Source: a virus
Taxonomy: Duplodnaviria > Caudoviricetes
Strand: one strand, 5' to 3'
IMG/VR virus record: IMGVR_UViG_3300032782_000010
Span: 1,930-65,929 of that record
DNA: 64,000 nucleotides
Shown here: piece after piece, positions 56,029 to 64,000 of the stretch
Numbering within the stretch: the first letter of the stretch is position 1
Layout: the number at the start of each line of letters is the position of its first letter
Position numbers and translations under genes: made by a program
The notes under the pieces: model-generated
Database searches by the model: none
The model's input: the letters and a program-made list of their open reading frames with translations, nothing else
Told to the model about the DNA's origin: nothing

Positions 56029-57262
56029 TGAAGATGATCGAAGAGAGAATAGCCGCAACGAGAAGCGCGATCGACGCGATCGAGAAAGATCCCTCCGAGA
56101 TCAATGTCAGGCTTTTTTTAGCAAGAGGCGGGGAGCTAGCCGCCGCAGTCCTGAGTTCTATCGGCGTCAGAGGGTCAGTTACGTCGACAACCACCGTAAA
56201 GAGCGAACACGATTCTTCGCGTGATATACGATGATGACGCGCCTTCCCATCTCGATCCGCCTGCTCCCCGACCGGCACTGCCTCGGCGGGTGCGCCGCGC
56301 CGATGTTCGTCGAGGAGCGGACTGGGCTCTGCCTCGACCACTTTCACCTCTACCTGCTGACGCGCGACCGTGTCTCGAAGCTCGAGACGACCGCCGCAGA
56401 GAAGTTCACAAAGAGCGTCAACGACCTGCTCTCGCTCGACTCCGAGCAGGTCGAGGAGGCGACCGGGTGGCGGAAGCTGCTTCAGGGGAGGAAGAAGGGC
56501 TTATGAAAACTCAGATCAAGATATTCAGCGGCTTCAGCCGAGAGACTGTCGAGAAGAACGCTAATGAGTTTATGGCAACCGTGAAAGTCACTAGCGTCCT
56601 ATTTCGTACTACGTTCTGCAGCTTCGAGATGAACACCACGGTGCTGATCGTGTACGAGGTGGCGGCGTGATGCAAGACTACGAGCGTGACCTCAAGATAG
56701 AACGAATCGAGAAGCATCTCGAGAAGATCGCCGCGAACACTCGAGGCCCGAGCCTCACGGCGTCTATCACCGCCGTCTTCACGGTGCTCATATTTTTAAA
56801 GCTAAGCGACATCCTGATCATCCTCACCTGGATAAAGGAGCACTGGAAACTATGAACGACCGAATCAAGACGACGCCTATCAGCTACCGCGAGCTGAGGC
56901 CGTGCGCCTCGTGCGGCGGAGCTCTCGGGATAATCTTCCACGAGGTGACGACGAAGCTCTGCGTCGTCAACCGCGGAGCCGTGGGCCGAACGCTGTCGCT
57001 CGCGAGCTACTTCGGTAGCGGACGGCCCACCGGCGCGGGCTTCGCGCTCGCTCAGGCGATGGGGCCGGACGGCGACAAGGCCGCGGACCGTTCGGAGGAC
57101 CCAGCGACGACCGACCGTATCTTCCTCTGCAACGACTGCTTTCACGGCGTTCGTCTCAAACCAGGTGAGACTCGAGCGTTGGGACTTATCGTCGCGGCGT
57201 CGCGCGAGAAGGAGGAAAGAGATGGAGAACAAGCTCGAGCCAACGACTCGTTACGAGCGTGA
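56025..57262 (+). other. run of five small coupled hypothetical genes (56025-56234, 56231-56506, 56503-56670, 56667-56855, 56852-57262)
   Basis: Successive ATGA/GTGA overlaps. Confidence 0.55.
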
Positions 57263-57554
57263 GCTGATCGACAACCTGCAGGAGGAGCTCGCGGAGCTCG
57301 TCGCGATCGCCTCGAAGGTGAAGCGCTTCGGCGTCGACAGCGACAACCGCGGGAAGATGGACTACACGAACAAGCACCTTCTGACGATGGAGATGGCCGA
57401 CGTCCAGGTGATGCTCGACCTCGTCAAGCGCTACTACGAGATCGAAGCGACGTACTTGGCTAACTGCATGGACATAAAGGTCGACAGTCTGCGTCGGTAC
57501 TCGAGCCTCTATCCGGTGCTGACGAGAAGTGGCGAGGTGGGTCGTGAGAAATAA
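57222..57554 (+). CDS. MazG-like all-alpha NTP pyrophosphatase
   Basis: LQEELAEL...SKVKRFG...EMADV; AAGGAGG RBS. Confidence 0.7.
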   Translation: MENKLEPTTRYERELIDNLQEELAELVAIASKVKRFGVDSDNRGKMDYTNKHLLTMEMADVQVMLDLVKRYYEIEATYLANCMDIKVDSLRRYSSLYPVLTRSGEVGREK

Positions 57555-57558
57555 CAGG

Positions 57559-57924
57559 ATGTCGGAGAACATCGTCGTCCCGCTCGCGAAGATAGTTGAG
57601 ATGCTAGGCGGCCTGTGCCCCGCGTGCATGGACGAGCTCAGGCGAAGGCTCGACGAGGCGAGCGTCAACCTCGTCAGGACCAACGACACCAGACTCCAGA
57701 AGGTGCTCGACGACGTGTCGCGGGAGACGGGAGTGCACGTTCTCGATATCGTCTCGCGGCGCATCGCCCCTTCGATCGTCGACGCGCGAAGGCTGGTGGC
57801 ACGAAGAGCGAAGGGCATGGGGTACTCGTTCCCAGAGATAGGCAGGCTGCTCGATAGGCACCACGCCACGATAATCAATCTCATATACTACCCAGGGAGA
57901 AAGACCGTGAAGGAGGCGTCGTGA
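57559..57924 (+). CDS. DnaA C-terminal-like HTH protein
   Basis: IVDARR...YSFPEIGRLL.RHHATII. Confidence 0.75.
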   Translation: MSENIVVPLAKIVEMLGGLCPACMDELRRRLDEASVNLVRTNDTRLQKVLDDVSRETGVHVLDIVSRRIAPSIVDARRLVARRAKGMGYSFPEIGRLLDRHHATIINLIYYPGRKTVKEAS

Positions 57925-58481
57925 GAAGATATCTGGACTTCGCATTACGATTTATGAGTAGCAAGCACGTTAGGAGAGCGCTGTGGGCGATCGTAGTCAC
58001 CGTCTTCCTACTCGACGTCTTCTCGTTCGCGCTATTTCTCGAGAAGAAGAAGGGCAAGCCGGCTTACCGAGGAGAAGACAACGGGCTCACCGTGCCGTTC
58101 ACGTCGAAGGTGCCATCATCACTCGAGTGCCCGACCTGCCCGACGAGCCGACCGCCGGACGCTACGGTGATCCCCAAGTCCGCGGTCGTCACGAGCATAA
58201 CCTCGCACCCCACGACCACGCTCTTCTCGTACCCGGACGAGGTCTACCTCCTGACGAACGGGGGCTACGCGCTCGTCTACCACGCTAACAAGCGGACGGG
58301 GATGGGCGAGACGACGGTCTTCCGCGGCGACCTGCAGTACAAGTCTTGCTTTCCGAACTCGTCGAGCGCGAACGACCAGACCTGCCAGGAAGCTAGCCGG
58401 ATCGTGAAGCTCTGGGAGCCCAGCACGTCGAGCGTGAAGGTGGAGAAGGAAGTGATAAGAACGAAGGATGAAAAAGAATGA
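57921..58481 (+). CDS. membrane-anchored hypothetical protein
   Basis: AAGGAGG RBS; one transmembrane segment. Confidence 0.6.
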   Translation: MRRYLDFALRFMSSKHVRRALWAIVVTVFLLDVFSFALFLEKKKGKPAYRGEDNGLTVPFTSKVPSSLECPTCPTSRPPDATVIPKSAVVTSITSHPTTTLFSYPDEVYLLTNGGYALVYHANKRTGMGETTVFRGDLQYKSCFPNSSSANDQTCQEASRIVKLWEPSTSSVKVEKEVIRTKDEKE

Positions 58482-58985
58482 AGCGAATTGGAAAGATTAG
58501 CGTCGGGCAGCCAGCCCCAGGCGGGGAGAGAGGAATAACGATGAGCGATACAGATGTATTGAAATCCTTTGACGCGCAAGATTGGGCGAGAGAATTTACG
58601 CGAATCGCCGCCTCAAAAGGAATCGTGGTTGACGAGGATTGGATGGCTACATGGTTCGCCAATGCCTTAATGCGTGGATACGATGAGCATCGCTGGCAGT
58701 CCAAAGAGTATAGGCGCACCATCAACCGGATACTTTTCCCTTGGTGGCATTGGAAACATTGGAGCGCAACGCGCCGCGAGAAAGGTCAAAGCAGATGAAG
58801 AAACTAGTCGCGTGGTTGACAAATGGTAGACCAATGACGCGAATCGCTTATTGTTTTATGGATTGCGTAGAAAAGAAACCTGTTTATTTCTGGCGCGATT
58901 TCTACGGAAGAAACTGGCTCGCCACATCAAAGTGGGGATGGTTTCGCGTCGAGCCTATCCACGGTCCTGAGATTTGGAGCAAGTG

Positions 58986-59300
58986 ATGACCCCAGAGGAA
59001 CTGAGGGAACGGGCGCAAAAGTTAGACAGATCTTTTATTGTGGGATTTGCTGCTGCTGTTGCCGCCGTCGCAAGAGAGTACGGGAGTCCAAACAACATGG
59101 AACCATATATGGAAAGAGTAATCACAGAAAAAGCTGAATTAGATGACAAAATCAGCAAGTTGGAAAATTTCATCTTTCGCAGTGGAGGAAAGTGGTTCGA
59201 TGTTCACGACGCCGAAAGGCTTCGTATGGTAAAGCAGTACTGTCATATGCGGGATTACTCCACAATCCTTGGTGAACGTATTGCCAATTTCAAGTCGTAA
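58986..59300 (+). CDS. MTPEELRERA-module protein with crAss001_48-like C-terminal domain
   Basis: ERVITEKAELDDKISKLENFI...Q...M.DY..IL.ERI pattern. Confidence 0.6.
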   Translation: MTPEELRERAQKLDRSFIVGFAAAVAAVAREYGSPNNMEPYMERVITEKAELDDKISKLENFIFRSGGKWFDVHDAERLRMVKQYCHMRDYSTILGERIANFKS

Positions 59301-61294
59301 GCCAGGGCAAGGCAGCGGCGGAGAGGTATAGAAAGGGCTGAACATGGTTCCACTGTGTCTAAAATGTCTTAGTCGTATGATTCCCTGTCACGATAGTGAA
59401 TGGCTGGATTGCCCGAAACGCTGCGTACTTGGAGCGGCAGCCGAAGATTGTTTGTATCCGCAACTTATAGGAGGCAATGATGAACCCAGAAACAAATCAG
59501 TTCGAGCAACTCCCCGCGAACGTGCAAGCCCCTGAAGGCTGGATAGAATTCGCCATCGGGGAAGAGGTCACGGTGAAAAATTACCGCTTCAAGATTAAGC
59601 GGGTTTCAGCCCAAAGACTTGTGTTAGAACCTCTAGGCGCAATTTGCACGGCAACGAATAGCAAAAAGTGACGGGCGGGCTCGGTACGGGGAAGCCAGGG
59701 CCAGCCTCAAGCGGAAAGAGAGGAAATGTGTCATACGCGATAAAGGTAATTGACAAAGAGAATGATGAGGAAGGTTTTGTGTGCGATGGAATGAGCGACA
59801 CGCCGACACGCTACTCATCTAAGCGAAAGGCTCAAGAGTTCGCGGAGTTTATGCGAATTGGCATGGAAGAGAAGATCATTGTTGTGCCGTACCCGCGCCG
59901 CGAGAAAGGTCAAAGCAGACTATGAGCAAGAAAACGCTAAGCATCGAGCAATGTGAGAATGGCTACATCCTACGCGAAGAACATACATTCGCTTCTCGCA
60001 CAGTTGTTTACAAGGAATTAGCTGATTTGTTCGGAGAACTTCTTTTGCGGTTTGAGGGCAGGTGTCCGTCCTTTGGCGGTAATTCATACGGCGAAGTAGC
60101 GATATTTCGAGTAAAGGAAAAAGGCAAGTGATGACCCCAGAGGAACTGAGGGAACGGGCGCTGGCGTACCATGAGCGCCGCGAGAAAGGTAAAAGCAGAT
60201 GAGCGAGCCTTTTGAGGAAATTATTCCTGAAAGTGATGCTTGGCATGTCTGCGGTTGCGGTTGCACTCGCGCTGAGCACGATGAAGTTACGGGGAAATGC
60301 CTTTATTGTTTTGAGGATGATTGTGGCGGCTTTGAATATGATGAAGAAGCGACAGTCATTGCTGCCACAGAAATAGAGGATTTGCCATGACCCCAGAGGA
60401 ACTGAAGGAACGGGCGCAGAAATGGCGCGAGCAAGCATTGGGGAAGTTCGGCGAAGAAACAGACCCTTTGATTGACCGCTCATTGGCTGATTTGCTCGAA
60501 CAAGTAGCTGCGGAAGCGCGGCTTGATGAGCACGACGCAGTTTGCGCGAAGGTGAGCGTTATCCATGACGGGTACCAAAAGCTGACAAAGGGATGCTGCG
60601 AGCAATATCCCTGTCCGCGTCGAAAAGCGCTGGCAAAACAAAGCGGGAGGGGCTGATGAGCGATACCACTAAAGCAAGCCTGCGCATAGTCACACCAGAG
60701 CAATTTCAGCAAGGATATTTTGCCTTGGAAAACGGAATTATCACCAACAAAAAATATGTTCCACTGAAGAAACTTGCTGATGGGAATTGGGTAGTCCAAG
60801 AACCACTTCGCAAGGAGGCTAGGCAGTGACCGACCTTAGAAAACAGGTGGAGGGGCTGGTGAACAAGCAGCGATTTGAAGCGTTCATAACAATCGACTTG
60901 GGCGATAGCGGGGAATGGTCGGCGGGAGATTTGCAGCGAACTATCCAGCATGAACTAGGCGATTGCACTGAAGTGGTTGTCAAGCCTCTTGCCGAACCAG
61001 TCGAGGCGGGAGCGGGGAAATGAGCGATAGTCGCACGGATGGAGAAATGATTCATCTTAGTCCATTGCAACCGTTGACCAGAACGGCTCTGCATAATTAT
61101 AGCGACAAGTGGGGCTATGACGAATGGCTAGGAGACCGTACTTGGATTGCGGCGGAAAAATTTGCTTGGCTTATAGCCCTATTGAAATTAGAAGAAGACA
61201 AAGAGGAACTGTTTCCTCATGGAAAGTGGGCAACGATTCAGCATATGGAAAAACTCTTAGAGGAATGCTTGAAAGAGTATAGGAGTGTACGCCG

Positions 61295-62095
61295 ATGACC
61301 GACCTTAGAAAACAGGTGGAGGGGCTGCGAGAACTGAGCAAGAAGTGGCGAAATTATAAGCCAACTCCCTACGAGCGAGAAGCACAGCCAACTGGTTATA
61401 TTCGAGACACCTATACAGCTTGCGCCGACGAACTCGACGCCCTTCTTGCCGAACCAGTCGAGGCGGGAGCGGGGCAGCTAGTCATAGAGAAAATCATTGC
61501 TGAGTTTCGAGAGTTGGCCGATGCCAAGGAACATGAATTTGAAACCGACCCAGAAGTTTACGATGATTCGTTTGAAACCTTGCGCTACTGCGCCAACGTA
61601 ATCGAGGCACGGCTGGAAGGAAGTACACTGCCACTCGGCGGGGATTGGATTAAAACGCAGGCAGCTAAGAACATAAAAGCACAAAAGAAACACGAAGAAA
61701 CCATGATTTCGGCTTCTTTACTAGAGAATCTTGTCCTTAAAAATTGCGATTGGAAAGAAATTGCCAGAGTTCTTTCAGTGGGCCGCGAGGAGCTGCCCAT
61801 CCCCCAACGCGCACGCGACTTCGAGGCAGGCTTTCAGACGGGAGTGAAGAAGCAGGCGGCGCAGCAGGCACTAACAAGCAAACAAGCTGAAGATATTCAC
61901 CGCATTATCGAGCGCCACTCAACCGATGTTGTGGATTACGAATTTGCGGCAGATGACATTTCCGCTTACCTGTACGGTGGAATTGTGCGCGAGGAGCCGC
62001 CAGTATATGGAGCGCTGGCCATCTGCCAAAAGTGCAATCGCTCAATGCGCTGTCCTCACTGCGAACCGGATTGGTCTGAAAGGAGAGGACGATGA
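61295..62095 (+). CDS. mosaic module protein
   Basis: Built from modules shared with the ORFs at 60826 and 62323. Confidence 0.7.
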   Translation: MTDLRKQVEGLRELSKKWRNYKPTPYEREAQPTGYIRDTYTACADELDALLAEPVEAGAGQLVIEKIIAEFRELADAKEHEFETDPEVYDDSFETLRYCANVIEARLEGSTLPLGGDWIKTQAAKNIKAQKKHEETMISASLLENLVLKNCDWKEIARVLSVGREELPIPQRARDFEAGFQTGVKKQAAQQALTSKQAEDIHRIIERHSTDVVDYEFAADDISAYLYGGIVREEPPVYGALAICQKCNRSMRCPHCEPDWSERRGR

Positions 62096-62322
62096 GTTGG
62101 ACTAAAAATTTTCTCCAAATTTGGGGATTTTTGCTGGCCCTTGTGGGGATAGTCTGCATCCTAGTTGAAGAAGATAAAGAGGAATTGTTTCCTCATGGAA
62201 AATGGGCAACGATTCAGCGTATGGAAAAACTCTTGGCAGACTGCCTAAAAGAGTATAGGAGCGTACGTCGATGATAACAAGTTCAAAGCCGCGCTGGCAA
62301 AACAAAGCGGGAGGGGCGGGAC

Positions 62323-63642
62323 ATGAGTAAACGGAAATGCGTTCGCTGTAAGGGGGAGAACTCAGTCTTAATTCAAGATAAGACTGGACGCTGGATGGAA
62401 GTTCCTTGCCCAAAGTGTGATGGTGGGAGAAAGCGAATGACCGACCTTAGAAAACAGGTGGAGGGGCTGCGAGAACTGAGCAAGAAGTGGCGAAATTATA
62501 AGCCAACTCCCTACGAGCGAGAAGCACAGCCAACTGGTTATATTCGAGACACCTATACAGCTTGCGCCGACGAACTCGACGCCCTTCTTGCCGAACCAGT
62601 CGAGGCGGGAGCGGGGCAGCAGATGGAAACTGCTGGATGTGGACAGCATGAAAGGGATAAAGAAATACTAAAAATGCTAGACCCTGAAATTACTTTCTAT
62701 GGCCCCTATGCTTGTGGGTGCGGAGATACGATATGCCGAGCATCTAACGCACAAGGTGGAATGGCGTTTGATTATCCAGCAACCCCAATCTACCCGAATA
62801 CGAATTGGATTCAGCATGTCTGTAAACCCCGCACAGGATTCTTGCCTTACGATAAACAACAAGAATTGAATGAAAAGCTACATAGAGAACATGGTGAATT
62901 GCCATGCGAATCGGGAACTTGCCGAATTTGTAATGAACGGCGCGAAGAGCCTCTCATCCCCCAACGCGCACGCGACTTCGAGGCAGGCTTTCAGACGGGA
63001 GTGAAGAAGCAGGCGGCAGCGCAGGCCAAGCGCGAGGAGCCGCCAGAATGGCAGCTAGAAGCCAGCGCACAAGCACACGAATGGCTTTGCGGCAACTTTA
63101 ACGAAAATTTCCCTCTTAATGGCTCATCGCACAAATCGCTCACGAAACTGCTAATCAATTTCGCCAGAAACTCTGCCTTGGTGCGCGAGGAGCCGCCAGC
63201 AGGGGAGCCGCGCCGCGACTATACGCTTGTACCAAATAGTGCCCTACGTTGGCTATTTGGCGAAGAGGGAATATTTGAAGATCCAAATCCTTCAGGAAAA
63301 TATAAACGGCCATATTGGTGGCGCAGTGAGTTCCGCAAAAAGATTGAAGTGGGAAATCATATATTACATCACTTTGATCCTGAGATTCACGAATCATGCT
63401 GCCATCAAGAGAATGGTAAGACATGCAATCGGACTGATGCTCACTCGCACACAGCCGCCCTCGCTACCCACGAAGCAGGCAAGGAGAGCAAGCCTCCCGA
63501 TCCCACCGCCGAGCGCCCTGTCTGGATTCGCGCCATTGCTTTGCCCCAAGGGCCAGAGCAAAACTGTGTTAATGTCCGCGTCCGCGACGACGCGAGCGAG
63601 AAACTCTTTGTGATGGAGCCGGAAGACGTAAGGGAGGATTGA
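62323..63642 (+). CDS. mosaic module protein (alternative start 62437)
   Basis: MTDLRKQVEGL, LAEPVEAGAG, IPQRARDF and REEPP modules. Confidence 0.7.
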   Translation: MSKRKCVRCKGENSVLIQDKTGRWMEVPCPKCDGGRKRMTDLRKQVEGLRELSKKWRNYKPTPYEREAQPTGYIRDTYTACADELDALLAEPVEAGAGQQMETAGCGQHERDKEILKMLDPEITFYGPYACGCGDTICRASNAQGGMAFDYPATPIYPNTNWIQHVCKPRTGFLPYDKQQELNEKLHREHGELPCESGTCRICNERREEPLIPQRARDFEAGFQTGVKKQAAAQAKREEPPEWQLEASAQAHEWLCGNFNENFPLNGSSHKSLTKLLINFARNSALVREEPPAGEPRRDYTLVPNSALRWLFGEEGIFEDPNPSGKYKRPYWWRSEFRKKIEVGNHILHHFDPEIHESCCHQENGKTCNRTDAHSHTAALATHEAGKESKPPDPTAERPVWIRAIALPQGPEQNCVNVRVRDDASEKLFVMEPEDVRED

Positions 63643-63644
63643 CG

Positions 63645-64000
63645 ATGCAGGTTTTTAACGACATAACTATCTTCTTCTCCTTAACCGGGACCCGACTCGA
63701 GCTACCGGCGGAGTGGTGCCACGTCACGCTGGGATTCAGGCGCGAGAGGCTCGTCGGGCGAGCGAGGAACTTTCGCTGGCACTCTCTCGAGGAGTTGCGC
63801 GCCGACATCGAGCTCCAGGTGGGAGACTTCGACGACCTCTATCCGACGGTCAGCTTACTCGAGAAGGACGATCGCAGCGTTCTCCTCGAGGTGGCCCTCT
63901 GTCAAGACGTCGATCCGCTCAGGCCTAGAATCAAGAGCCTCCGAGAGCAGGCGAGAGAACGAAAGAGAGGGAGAACGCTTCTTATGGATGTTATTCTCAA
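63645..64000 (+). CDS. hypothetical protein, truncated by the window end
   Basis: GGAGG RBS; frame open to the end of the window. Confidence 0.55.
   Translation, partial: MQVFNDITIFFSLTGTRLELPAEWCHVTLGFRRERLVGRARNFRWHSLEELRADIELQVGDFDDLYPTVSLLEKDDRSVLLEVALCQDVDPLRPRIKSLREQARERKRGRTLLMDVIL

Larger units (their letters stand above)
58478..63642 (+). repeat. lower-GC island of ~16 small coupled genes sharing at least 8 families of short coding repeats
   Basis: See findings; e.g. identical 184-bp copies at 61295-61478 and 62437-62620, identical 63-bp copies at 61798-61860 and 62955-63017. Confidence 0.9.

Noticed and set aside
58771-63199. CRISPR array, integron or diversity-generating retroelement as explanation for the repeats
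   Set aside because: Repeats are of several families, irregularly spaced and protein-coding; no cas, integrase or reverse transcriptase in the window; the 108-bp pair differs mostly at synonymous sites without adenine specificity
1-64000. tRNA, rRNA, integrase/att sites, DNA polymerase gene
   Set aside because: None recognised by eye; they may lie outside the window, and a tRNA scan was not run

Overview
This window is most of the genome of a GC-rich tailed dsDNA phage (siphovirus-like). No integrase is visible and the host is unknown; LPDAP-motif proteins weakly hint at Acidobacteria. From left to right on the + strand it carries: a DNA methyltransferase; an NrS-1/P4-type primase-helicase followed by a nested-palindrome candidate origin; terminase; a block of signal-peptide-bearing, Ser/Thr/Cys-rich putative appendage proteins; portal-MuF, protease, scaffold and capsid; a five-enzyme glycan-modification cluster; neck and tail genes (GTA-type DUF2460, DUF2163, NlpC/P60, tail protein); and a lysis region ending at a bidirectional terminator near 42.7 kb. 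A short leftward operon (47.6 to 42.7 kb) and a long rightward early/replication region (47.7 to 64 kb) diverge from an AT-rich promoter region. The most striking observation is that all four sizeable intergenic gaps of the leftward operon hold a self-cleaving ribozyme motif just upstream of a ribosome-binding site: three type II hammerheads and one twister-like RNA. These would cut the transcript into a structured ~250-nt leader RNA plus four mRNA pieces. Also notable are a lower-GC island (58.5-63.6 kb) of genes built from shuffled, repeated coding linkers, signal peptides on virion-module proteins, a CFI-box-CTERM-like tail on the capsid protein and a HiPIP-like motif in the prohead protease. 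All calls come from reading the sequence by eye; no database searches or folding programs were run.
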